From: Octopus sinensis
Taxonomy: Eukaryota
DNA: 64,000 bases
Assembly (NCBI RefSeq): GCF_006345805.1
Contig: NC_043006.1
Coordinates: 46,190,001 to 46,254,000, forward strand
Reading direction: 5' to 3'
Positions 1-12,727 of this stretch are shown one piece after another. A program made the translations under genes and the position numbers. The notes under the pieces are model-generated. The model saw only the letters and a list, made by a program, of their open reading frames with translations. It was not told the origin of the DNA and did no database searches. Numbering within the stretch: position 1 is the stretch's first letter; every line of letters begins with the position of its first letter.

Positions 1-9
1 ACCACCAGC

Positions 10-57
<48 letters not shown>
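1..57. repeat. (ACC)n/(TAC)n microsatellite
   Basis: Direct reading of trinucleotide runs. Confidence 0.95.
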
Positions 58-58
<1 letters not shown>

Positions 59-765
59 ACAAAATGCATTTGCTCGCGAAGCAGTCGCAATTACAAAATA
101 TAAAACAAAACAAAATAAAACAAAAATACAAGCAAAACAGATTAGAAGCTCATGAGAAACACAACATTAAAACAAAAACAAAACAAAACAAAACAAAAAC
201 GAAACGAAATAAAAATAAAAAAAAAAACCAAGAGGCAAGAAAAGGCATTAAGAAGGGAAAGAAGATAAATTTCGTTCCTCGATCCTACTTCAAAGCAAAA
301 TATAAAATTGGTGAGCATTACCATCAATTTGTCGATAATAGCGGAAGCTGGAAGAAGAAGCAGCGATGTAGTTTTAAATGCGATGAAATTGCGAAAGAAG
401 GATTTAGATTTGTTAAAGTACCTTAAGATATAGGAACTCCAGAAAAGGAAAAAAAAAAAAAGAAAATTGAAAAGGTAAGAAGGGAATGTAAGGACTGCAT
501 CTTGTTGCATTTAGTCGGCCAAGGAATGAAGGCGGTAGTGATGTGGGTGAATAAAGGAATTAGGGAATAAGGGAATGAGAGAATGTTACTAAAGTGATTA
601 TTATCGCAGGGTGTTGATTTGCTATAAGTAAGACAACATTTTAAATAAGTTTTATATTGGTGTTACATATTTTTCCTTCTCGCTTTATTTTTTCGTCTCT
701 TTTTATATTCTATTCTATTTGGGGTTTTTTTTTTTTCGTTTCAGGCCCAGCAAATATTTGTATAG

Positions 766-780
766 AATAATAATAATAAC

Positions 781-815
<35 letters not shown>

Positions 816-847
816 TAATAATAATAATGATAATAATAATAATAATG

Positions 848-878
<31 letters not shown>

Positions 879-982
879 TTATTATTATTTTTATTAAAAA
901 ATGTGTCAATCCATGTTTATAAGGAATGTGGAGGGGAAGGAGGGATAGAAATGTAGCTTAACGGATATGGAGTAAAATGCGT

Positions 983-1056
<74 letters not shown>

Positions 1057-1096
1057 TTTTATTTCAATTGAATGGATTAAACATCGAGTTTCGCCG

Positions 1097-1165
<69 letters not shown>
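766..1165. repeat. (AAT)n 766-880, (TAC)n 981-1056 and (CA)n ~1099-1157 microsatellites
   Basis: Direct reading. These explain the poly-I, poly-Y and HT ORFs. Confidence 0.95.
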
Positions 1166-1167
<2 letters not shown>

Positions 1168-1168
<1 letters not shown>

Positions 1169-1327
1169 CTTTATTTAAAAGCAACAGAGATATAACAAAT
1201 ACTGTTACTCAGAGTTTCACGTTTCCGTTCGTCGGACAGATTTGTTGAAATGGAACAGGTATAACAATATAATCAAAACTAGTTAAAGGATATACCTTTA
1301 AAAATGGATTTGTTTCACTGGTCTTAC
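1168..1327 (-). mobile_element. Penelope-like terminal repeat fragment carrying a hammerhead fold
   Basis: Minus strand reads CTGT-CCGACGA-ACGGAAACGT-GAAA-CTCTGAG-TA-ACAG and ends in AATAAA. A partial second copy lies at 3466-3510. Confidence 0.7.
1202..1239 (-). ncRNA. Type I minimal hammerhead ribozyme fold (core CCGACGA, U4C variant)
   Basis: Stem I CTGT/ACAG, stem II ACG-GAAA-CGT, GAAA, stem III ACTC-T-GAGT, predicted GUA cleavage between 1206 and 1205. Confidence 0.75.
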
Positions 1328-2935
1328 ACACACATACATACATACATACATACACACATACACACACACATACACACATACATACATACATACATACACA
1401 CAAACACACACACATACACACATACATACATACACACACGCATACATATACATACATACATACACATACACACACATACATACATACACACATACATACA
1501 TAGACACATATATACATACACACACACATACATATACATACATACATACAGACACACACATGCACACATACACGCATGCACACATACATACATACACACA
1601 CACACATACTATACACACAGACATACATACACACACGCGTACATATACATACATACATACAACATACACATACACACACTTACACACATACACCCGTACA
1701 TACATACATACACACACACTTACATACACACACATACATACACACTTACACACATACACACACACATACACACACGCATACACACATACATACATATATA
1801 CACCCATACATACACACATACATACATAGAAACATACAAACACAAACATACATATACATACATACATACACACACACATGCACACACACATACACACACA
1901 CGCACGCACACATACATACATACACACACATACATATACACACATACATACATACATTCACACAAACTTACACACATACACATACATACATACATACATA
2001 CATACACACACATACACACACATACATACATACATATATACATACGCACATACATACACACACATATACATACATACACACACACAAACACACACATATA
2101 TATACATACATACATACACACACACATGCACACATACACGCATGCACACATACATACACACACATACATACACTACATACATAAATACATACATACATAC
2201 ATACACACACATACATAAACATACACACGCACATACACACATACACGCATGCAAAAATACATACATACACACATACGTACATACATACATACATACACAC
2301 ACACTTACACACATACACACACACATACATACGTACGTACATGCATACATACACACACATACATACACACACACATACATACATACATACATACATACAT
2401 ACACACATACACACACACATACACACATACATACATACACACACGCATACATACACACACATACACACATACATACATACACACACGCATACATATGCAT
2501 ACATACATACACATACATACACATACACACATACACACATACATACACACACATATAAACGCACATATAAGCCCCTACATTGTACACACGCACACGTATA
2601 TACATACATTCACTCGCACGCACGTACACACACACGCACACACACATTTACATATATATATATACTAAACACTCACACACACATACACACGTACAAACAC
2701 ACACACACTCACATACACACCGACAGATATACATACACAATATACACCTATTCGCGCACGCACACATACACACAACACATACAAACGCACAGATACACGC
2801 ACACACATACACGTACATACATACACTCTCACACAAATGAACCCACATATACATCCCTACACACCCACACTCTACGCATACACACACGAACACACACATG
2901 CACACACACACATACTACAAACAACACACACACAT
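1326..2935. repeat. ~1.6-kb imperfect compound (CA/TA/CATA)n array
   Basis: Direct reading. Internal re-used motifs such as ACACACATGCACACATACACGCATGCACAC occur near 1553 and 2120. Confidence 0.95.
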
Positions 2936-3085
2936 GATACATATAGCCCTTTGTTTTTTTTGACCCGGCTTTGTCCTGGCTTGACACAAACAGCTAGTAG
3001 TCATCATCACAGCTGGCTTTGTCATTGCTTTTATTCACCAAAAATACACACACACACACACACGCACGCACAAACACACTTGTCA

Positions 3086-3117
<32 letters not shown>

Positions 3118-3118
<1 letters not shown>

Positions 3119-3402
3119 GGCATTCCTTTTTTTGGAACTCTCTTGCATTATAAAACCATATTTCAACTACCTTCAAATTCTGTTCTTTCAACCTGTGATC
3201 TCTTAAGCACCACCAGCTCAAATATTTTCTCCTCTGTCTTCCCTCTTTGGGATCTTTCATTCTCCTTGTTTCCGACGAAGAGCTCGCTCGAAACGTTTTA
3301 AACCCTCCTTCCCTTCTTCCTGAGCGTCAATAATACTTTAATTGTTCCACGTCCTGCATTGCTGTGTTTTTCTCTTTTTTCTGTTTTCTGTTTGGATTAA
3401 AC

Positions 3403-3405
<3 letters not shown>
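3118..3405 (+). mobile_element. Penelope-like terminal repeat fragment with hammerhead-like motif (3268-3303)
   Basis: GTTT-CCGACGA-A-GAG-CTCG-CTC-GAAA-CGTT(tt)-AAAC followed by a pyrimidine-rich tail, flanked by (CA)n and (TA)n. Confidence 0.65.
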
Positions 3406-3456
<51 letters not shown>

Positions 3457-3673
3457 GACACACCACTTATTAAAAGCATCAGAAATATAACAAAAGCTGT
3501 TACTCAGAGTAAAATTTTTAATTATTAATTAATTTTACCCTCTATATATATATATGGATAGCAAGACGGATTTATGAATTTCTGCATTTATTCATTCAAT
3601 GTACATAAGGATTATTACATGTATATGTCTCTATGCATGTGTGTATATATGCATGCGTGTATGTATATATATG

Positions 3674-3711
<38 letters not shown>

Positions 3712-3728
3712 CACCATATATATATATA

Positions 3729-3770
<42 letters not shown>

Positions 3771-5365
3771 TGTGTATATATGTATACATATATATGTATA
3801 TGGATGAATAGGTAGATACTTAAATACAGAAATAAAGAGATAGATGGATACATAGATATGTAGATTCATGTATTCCGACATGCATTCTTTGATGTATGTA
3901 TGCAAGCATGTATGTATATATGTATGCGTGTATGTGTGTGGAAATAAATATATATATATACATATATAAATATATTTATATATATATATATATGTGTAAA
4001 TATATACATACACAATATATATATATGTGTGTGTGTGTGTGTGCGTGTGGGTGTGTGTTTATGTACGTACACATATACATGTACATATATGGATAAATGG
4101 GTAGATAGTTAAATAGATACAGAAATAAATAGATAGATAGATATATAGATATGTAGATAGATTCGGGCATTCGGACATGCATTCATTATTGTATATATGT
4201 ATGTATGTATTACACACATTTTGGTATATGAATAGTATCGTGATAGGAATTATGAAATCATATAACGGAGGAAGTTTTGTTTTGCTTTTGAAATGTCACC
4301 TGGTAATAACATTTCTGTTACCACAATTCTAATCACGTGTCTTTCGACAATAACGAAGCAACCGGATGTTACCTGGAACAGAGCTAAAGAATACTGATAA
4401 TTGCAACGAGAAGAGGAGAAGGTGATATACTGCGATATACCTGATAGATAATAAATCCGTTTCCTATCTAAGTATTGGTATGTTCATCAATGTTCAATTG
4501 TGTAAATTGGAAGTTATATAATGGCCAGAGATTGTTGCTGCAAGCGATTATAAGATGGAAATTTTAAAGATCGTGCTACGAAAGATTGCTGTTTTTAAAA
4601 TGTGCCTTATATTACAATTCTGTCAGAACCAACTGTCATGAAATGACTTTAAGAAATGGAAAAAAAAAAGAGCAAATCTTAAAGTTTAAAGCGAAAATTA
4701 CGCTGAACAATATAGTAAATATTCTAAATATAAAGAGAAAATAATACGGAAAATATTACTATGATATAAAGCAATGATAAAAGGCAATCTAGCTTCTCAC
4801 TTGTTGAAATTAGATATTCCTTATGTAGCCACAAGTCTTCCTCCATAGAACGGAAAAGAAATGAGATTCTCTAACATTCGTGCTTTCCCTAACGGCATTA
4901 GCGTTGTGCACAAATTTTTCAAGATGGCTTCTAAGGGATTTGAACTTATCGATGCCGGTCACGTTACACTCTTACATAATTAATACTGCAGGTCATTTAC
5001 AAAGGCCAGCATTAGCTATGCCTGTCATCTGTATTACATGTGATACGCAGACGTATTTTGTTGTCGCCCATGCATCCATCAATCGATATACACATTCGCA
5101 ATTTTTTTCAACCATCAGCGTATTTTGGGACTTATGAAATTAAAGCTTTATATTACTTAGAACATATGAAATAAGGACTAATTACAAGTCTGAAATTAAG
5201 CATCGAAATTTAGAACAATCTTATAAAAATGATTTGGAAATGTAAAAAATGAATTAAGAATTTCGTACTCGACTACTTTTGGGTCACCCAGGGGTCAGCC
5301 TTGATTGCCAATTATGACCGAAGAAAATATCGCCGTTCTTTTCCATTGGTTTATTGCATCTATTA

Positions 5366-5764
5366 TACTCTTTTAGTTGTTTCAGTCATTTGACTGCGGC
5401 CATGCTGGAGCACCCGCCTTTAGTCGACTAAATCGACCCCAGGACTTATTCTTTGTAAGCCTAGTACTTATTCTATCGATCTCTTTTTGCCGAACCGCTA
5501 AGATAAGGGGACGTAAACACACCAGCATCGGTTGTCAAGCGATGTTGGGGGACAAACACAGACACAAAAATATATGCACACACACACATACACACACACA
5601 ACACATATATATATACATATATACGACAGGCTTCTTTCAGTTTCTGTCCACAAAATCCACTCACAAGGCTTTGGTTGGCCCGAGGCTATAGTAGAAGACA
5701 CTTGCCCAAGGTGCCAGGCAGTGGTACTGAACCCAGAACCATGTGGTTGGTAAGCAAGCTACTT
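5366..5764 (-). mobile_element. SINE family A (tRNA head + CORE-like block + internal microsatellite + CR1-type tail), head clipped
   Basis: Matches other copies in the window (28720-29270, 44320-44722, 46783-47177, 63085-63486). GGCACCTTGGGCAAGTGTC resembles the CORE domain. Confidence 0.9.
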
Positions 5765-6960
5765 TATTTTACCAAATTTGCCATAAAGGCAGTACATAGA
5801 GTAAGGTAGCTTGTGGGCTGGACAAGACATTGATGAAATGAATGATAACGATGCAAGGATGATAAGGATGGGAGAAGACAGAAAACGCCCGCCGACCTCT
5901 GCTTCTCTATAACATTGTTCTTTTAAAAAGACACATCTAGAGGTAATAACCCTCTTACAAGTTACAATATTATACAATTATTTGGACTACGAAGTCCATT
6001 ACAATTTAAAACATAAGACACATATTGAGGCGATGAACCTCTTACTTCAAGTCCCCGATTAATTCTCTTGCGATTTGCAGGGACTCTTGTATCCGCAAGT
6101 CGGGGTGCCAATAAAGTAATCTATAATCCTGCCTTGGGAAGGAGCCTGATGTATGAAATAAATAATTTTTTCCCAGGAACAGAGCAGCCACCTGCTGAGG
6201 CCAATCTGGTCTGTCCATAAAAGTCGGTTCCATTAGTTCCTGACTCTGAAGGACATTTTCCACATAATTATCAGTGGCCCCTCCACTGCGATACAAGAAC
6301 ACATATCTTTCCATACTTACATCGGGAGAGGCCTCCACTCCCTCGCTCGGTGGCACACATCGCACCGACGAGGTTTCCATCTTCTCTCCCTCCGTGGCAA
6401 TCCAACCAAAAGGGTTTCGGGCCATGTTACCGGGTACCTGGAACCGGCCATTGTTAAAATATCTGGTAAAACCAGATCTTCAGCCGATTGGGCCCCTAGG
6501 GTCAAAATTGCTTTTGACCTGACCCAATCGACCGCAGGCATCCTTTTTAGGTTTAAGAGCCACTCAGGCCCCGACGGATAGTGTCTTCTATCCATTCGGC
6601 CTCTATACCGGGTGGCAGCCCACACACCCAGGCTCTTGTCAATCCTCTACCACCATAAGTAGGGAGAAACAAAATTTTCTCCCCCCTCCTCAAGGTGTGG
6701 TCGCAAAACCACGAGCTTCCGCAGGGGTGTTAAAAAGTACGCACACAGTTCTGTACTTCGCACCCCTGCGGATAAACTTAACAGTTGGCAGATAATCAGC
6801 CAACTCCTCCTCAATTTCTTCATCGGAGAAGACCTTGATGGTGTCAGGGACTCTGGAAGAGGTCCTTAACACCACCGTTCTCTCCGTGTAATTTTTTAAC
6901 CATTCTTTTTGAGGCCAGAATTTACCACTCCAAAGCGGATTTCACAGTTGCTATGTTAAT
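5765..6960 (-). mobile_element. Degenerate L1/Tx1-type ORF1-containing element, apparently lacking ORF2
   Basis: Frameshifted ORF from ATG at 6903 (MVKNYTERTVVLRTSS...RTVCVLFNTPAEA...AWVCGLPPGIEAEWI...ELIGDLK*) looks like an RRM-type ORF1. It is followed by VLNCNGLRSP (5983-6012), then a noncoding tail ending GGTAAAATAAA. Confidence 0.55.
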
Positions 6961-7519
6961 AGCCGAAACAAAATAATAATTCACAAACAAAAGTTAAAAT
7001 GTCGAAATGAAAGTCTATCAAAAACTAAAAAAGACAGATGAAATTCCGTATGAAAGACGGCTGCATTGTAAAAAAGTTAATCCAAATACCTATGTATCAG
7101 GCGCTTGAGTGTTAACTTTTGAACTACATAGCAATTACAATTAAAAAAGAACAAAAGCACAACGGACAAAATAATTAAGTAGAAACTACAACTATTGAAA
7201 TATATTTTTATATATCTCAAATAATATTAATCCAAACTCGTTTATACACACATGCACACATATATATATATATATGCATATATAGATATGAATACACACA
7301 TAGACACATATTTATACAGATATATATATATATATATATATTCTATATATATATATATATTATATATATTATATATATATGCATGTGTGTGTATATTAGC
7401 ATATATATGTATGATTTATGTGTTTTTTGTTCTTATCTATCTATCTGCTTGTCTGTCTGTACTTTGACACATATATGTGTGAGTACATGTGTGCGTATGG
7501 ATAAATATATATATATATG

Positions 7520-7600
<81 letters not shown>

Positions 7601-8476
7601 GTATAGACGCATGTGCATGCATATATATATGCAGATATATTAAAGCAAGATGAAATCTTTCTTGGTGCTCCTACGATCTAATGAGATCTGTACTTCCTGG
7701 TTCATTGCTAAATCTTTTCAGCGAACTTGGAATCTAAACGAGGATCACGATCATCGTCTGAACGTGGACGCCATTACTCAGAATTCTTCTTTCCGGCCAT
7801 CTCCCGCTGGATTCCTCTGGATGATTGATATCTCATTGAACACTTGTAATGATTCCGTAGACCTTAATATTTTTAGTCAATATTTAGGAGTTCGCAAACA
7901 ATTCCTCAAAGAAAATATTATATATTCTAAACATAGGAAAAAAAAAAAGCAAAAACTAAAATAATGGTAAATAGACAAAGTCAAGCATTATTGAATATAT
8001 ATCAGATGAGATTGATTCTTTCAAACACATATTTTCAGTTTCCTATGTATTTTTCTCTTTCAAGTTCCCGTCTTTTGATAATCTGGTTAATATATCTATA
8101 AAAAGTAATGTCGGCTATATTCTACTGGTTTTCGAGAAAAAAAAAATAATGTTATTCGGGACTTACGCCATCAATCCCAAATATATACTTTAGATGGACG
8201 GACATTCGGACTCAGAAGAAAAAAAAGTTAGAAGAAAAAAATATGTATGTATATATATATACAAGGTCCTTAATCTATATCCCTCGCTGTGTTTCCCTTT
8301 CCCTCTCTGTGTAATATATATATATAAACAGATATATATATATATATATACATAAACAGACATAAACATACATTTATATATATGTTAAAAGCCAATGGCA
8401 ATAAAACTATAAATATTATAGAACATATACACAAAAAAACAGAAGTGCATACATGTGTGATAAATGTAAATACGTA

Positions 8477-8547
<71 letters not shown>

Positions 8548-8740
8548 ATATGACGTTTTTATAATATAAGTATATGTATGCATACGTTTGTATGTATTTA
8601 TAAAAAATGCATATATGAATAATATATATATGTAGGTAAATATATAATATATATATATACACACACACTCAAAGCACACACATACGCACTCGTATAAGCA
8701 TGTGAAACTATATACACATACTGTGCTGCAGACAAATGTA

Positions 8741-8828
<88 letters not shown>
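8741..8828. repeat. (TATC)n microsatellite, unoccupied
   Basis: Direct reading. Confidence 0.95.
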
Positions 8829-9295
8829 AATCTAGCTCTTTATGTGTGTGCGTGCGCGTATATGTGCCTGCGTGCGCGTATATGTATGTGAGTGCGTGTG
8901 TGTGTGTGTGTATTTATGTTTGTGAGAGTATGCGTGTGCGCGTGAACATAACTTCATGCTTTGCGATTGCGCATATGCGAGTATGTAAAATTAGCGTATG
9001 ATGACATATAATGATTTGGAGGTTATTGACCTTCACGAACGAGGAGTCTTTCAGGGTTACTGTCCATTACTAGCATATATAAAGCGAGAACACTGAATAT
9101 AGCTGCAGGAGGAAATAAAACAAGTTTTTTCCCCTTTTCATATGCCATTTTTTTGCTTGTCTATTTAATAACTGTCTAAGCTGGTTCCCTTTCGTTTGTA
9201 CAGTGTATTTTTTGCTTTCTCTATGTTTTTGTTGGATTCGTAAAAAATAAATATCATATCTTCGCATACACACATACACACACATATATAAATAT

Positions 9296-9329
<34 letters not shown>

Positions 9330-9423
9330 AGCACGTATATGCATTTAACAGACACGTATACATATATATATTATTTATTTATCTATTTTATATATATAAA
9401 ACATACATGCATTCACAGTCACG

Positions 9424-9468
<45 letters not shown>

Positions 9469-9954
9469 CACAATTATATGCATTCAAAGCCATATATACT
9501 ATATAATATATATATATATATATATTGGAAGGTTTGGAGATGATGTACAGGTATTTTATATTAGAAGAAATGAGAGGTACCCAGAAAATCGGATGGTTTT
9601 ATATTTACAGATATTTATTTGTATATTACATATTTGTAAGTTATATGATATATATATATATATATATTATGCGTATGTATCTATATGCATGCATATATAT
9701 ACATGTATGTATGTATGTATGTATGTATGTATGTATCAAACGGGATTTGATTTTCATCCCGCAAAAAAAAAACGTATATAGGAAGTTGTTGCATGTCATC
9801 CTTTCCCAAAATAATATAACATCATCACGTATTACATTCCAAAGGATCCATTACTAATCAGCCCCAATCACAGCTATACTCCATTACATGCCAACTTCAA
9901 GTCATACAATACCTCACTACTTTCACCCATTCATATTCTCCCTTCTCTGTTTTT

Positions 9955-10155
9955 TTCTTCTTCTTCCTCTTCTTCTTCATCATCATCATTATCATCATCA
10001 TCGTCGTCATCATCATCACCACCATCATCATCATCATCATCATCTTCTCCTTCTCCTTCTTCTTCTTCTTCTTCATCATCAACATCATCAACATCGTCAT
10101 CTTCTTCTTCTTCTTCTTCTTCTTCTTCTTCTTCTTCTTCTTCTTCTTCTTCTTC
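9955..10155. repeat. (CTT)n/(CAT)n compound microsatellite
   Basis: Direct reading. Confidence 0.95.
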
Positions 10156-10513
10156 TATTTCACCTTCTACCTCTTAACTTTGTCACTAATGCTTTTTAGT
10201 ATAACACCTACGCAAATTCCATAAACAAGCCTTTCAATAGAAATATTCTCCTGAATTGAACTGCAACTGCTAGCCGCCACTGACCATTCAAAATACGACC
10301 ATCAGGGCACTCCCAGATTTTCCCACCCCCTCTCCTTATCAGCCTTCTTCTTCTTCTACCCTACCAAGAACTCACAACGACCTCGAAAACACAAGTGCAA
10401 ACAAGGGAGTCAGAGAAAGGCAGAATGCCACTTATATCTGAACACTACTATAGAAATATTCCTTTAAAAAAACTTTTCTTCTAATTTTTCTAAATTTAAT
10501 TATTTAATCGTTA

Positions 10514-10551
10514 CAGTTGAAAAGGTCTCAAAATGACCGAAACCGGTACTG
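10514..10551 (+). ncRNA. Type I minimal hammerhead fold with U3-A8 core (TTGAAAA)
   Basis: CAG-TTGAAAA-GGTC-tcaaaat-GACC-GAAA-CCGG-T-A-CTG. All three stems pair and stem III is palindromic (ACCGGT). Confidence 0.6.
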
Positions 10552-10637
10552 AAATGTTCACTATAAAATTATTTTAGCATTTTCTATTTTGACTTGTTTT
10601 TTCATATATATCAACTCGTGTGTTCCTTTTCACCCTT

Positions 10638-10717
<80 letters not shown>

Positions 10718-10718
10718 C

Positions 10719-10749
<31 letters not shown>

Positions 10750-10794
10750 CATACACACATATATATGTATATATTTATATGTATACCACAAGTG

Positions 10795-11285
10795 CAGAAT
10801 TGGCTGTGTGTTAAGTAGTTTGCTTAATAACCACATGGTTCCGGGTTCAGTCCCACTGCGTGTCACATTGGTATGTGCGTATGTGTGTGTGTGTGTTTGT
10901 GTGCGTGTGTGTGTCTGTGTGTGTGTCTGTGTGTGTGTGTGTGTCCACCCCACTTCGCTTGACAACCGATGCTCGTATGTTTACGTTCCCGTAACTTAGC
11001 GGTTCGGCAAAAGAGACTCGATAGAATAAGTACTAGACGTACAAAGATTAAGTTCTGGGGCCGATTTGTTTGACTATAGGTGGTGCTCTAGTAAAAGAAG
11101 AAAACAATGAAAGAATGAAAGAATACATATGTGTGTGTGATGCGTGCGTGCGTGTGTGTGTGTTTATGTTCGCGTAATTAGCGGTTCGGTAAAAGTGCTG
11201 GGGTCGATCCATTTGACTAAATTTCTTCAAGAATGTGCCCCAGCGTGGCCACACGCTAATGACTGAAACAAGTAAAAATCAAATG
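10795..11285 (+). mobile_element. SINE family A, internally deleted copy plus a second tail fragment (11158-11285)
   Basis: Head TGGCTGTGTG...GGTTCCGGGTTCAGTCCCACTGCG, then (TG)n, body and tail ...TGACTGAAACAAGTAAAA. Confidence 0.85.
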
Positions 11286-11330
11286 ATATTTTCATAAATT
11301 ACGAGCAAGCTTCTTCAAACCATCGAAAGC

Positions 11331-11550
11331 ACGGCACATTGGGCAGGTATCTTCTAATGTAGCCCAGAGCTGATCAATGCCTTATAGGTGGAATTTGTAG
11401 GCGGAAACTATGTAGAAGCCTTTAATATGCTTGTGTGCATATGTTTGTCTTTGTGTCCATTTGTCCCCTATTCCAGCACTTGAAATCTGGTATCGGTTTA
11501 TTTACGTTAACATAACTTACAAGTTCGGCCAAAGACCGCGATGGAATACA
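11331..11550 (+). mobile_element. SINE family A, old diverged fragment
   Basis: GGCACATTGGGCAGGTATCTTCTA...GCGGAAACT...AGAAGCC resembles the family A body. Confidence 0.6.
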
Positions 11551-11719
11551 AAGAGACATTATTTACATTATTTATATTTGAGGGATATTTGTCCTCATCT
11601 TGTTTGTTGTTAAGACAACGTTTCGGCTGATATACCCTCCAGCTTTCATCAGGTGACTTGAGTCCTCATTCCTAAGGTATTTTTCGATGTTGTTGTTTTT
11701 GTTATTATAATTACCATTA

Positions 11720-11761
<42 letters not shown>

Positions 11762-11950
11762 TATTATTATTATTATTATCATTATTATTATTATTATTAC
11801 TATCATTATTCAGGTCACTGAATCGAACTCGGAACCTTAGGGTTAGTAGACTGTGCTTTTAACCACTACGCCATATGCCCGTGGGCAATTATGGAGCGAA
11901 CCTTCGGGTTTATAAATCTAATATTTTCTTATCCTTCCTTAATACCGTTT
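11550..11950 (-). mobile_element. Composite element: tRNA-like Pol III head + (AAT)n + hammerhead + Penelope-like tail
   Basis: Minus strand: A box TGGCGTAGTGG and B box GAGTTCGATT (11812-11882), (AAT)n 11705-11810, CAC-CTGATGA-A-AGCTG..CAGCC-GAAA-CGTT-GTC (11614-11656), tail AAATAATGTAAATAATGT. Confidence 0.65.
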
Positions 11951-12727
11951 CCCACATGAGACTTACCTAAATAGGTACTGGGGTTAATTTGTTCCACTAA
12001 ATCGCTTAATGACAGTGCCACATCAAGGCTGCAATCCAATGATTGAAACAAGTAAACGGATAAGAAAAGATAACCATGTAGACATGCGTGGGCACAGATA
12101 TACATGTTCGGAGACACACAAGACACACGCACACCATACACTAACTCATACACGAACATACATAATGAAAATACTGCGAGCACATTAATGGTAGCACAAC
12201 GACGAAAGAAAAGTTGCGTAATTTCATTCGTTCTGCCGGAAAGTTTGAAACTGAAAATTTCATTAAGCTTGAATTCGTTAGATTCCCGTTTGCATCATTT
12301 GTTGACGATTTCCATTGAAGACTTAGAATAACAGAATATTGCAGACGTATTATGATGTTCCGTTTAGTCTGCAGAAGTCTTTTACTGGCTTGATGGTAAT
12401 GTGAAGAAGAGGATGTTACTTTGGTGTAAATTGAATTAATGTTGCACAAATATCAAAGGTACGTTGTTAACCAAGTTAAATCGGATATTGGTGCTGATAT
12501 GATATGCATATGGCTTTTCTAAATGAAAACTTTTACACCTGCATAGTTGTCCGATGCTTTCTGCTAAAAAATTATCCACTTATTGCTTTTATTATAATGG
12601 CTTCCAAAAAAATATGTCCGTATATTCATATCCATTTCGCCATCACAATCAGAAAATCTCCACATGTACATAAATATTTCAGGACAAGGATCTTAGATTT
12701 TCTTGCTTTCATTTCATTTTTCTCGTT

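Noticed and set aside
64-426. Lys-rich 120-aa ORF
   Set aside because: Driven by A-rich low complexity, with no recognisable motif or splice context.
715-4182. Long HT/YI/VC-rich ORFs (up to 304 aa) here and throughout the window
   Set aside because: They are translations of stop-free (CA/TA/TG/TATC) microsatellites in several frames at once, with no domain content.
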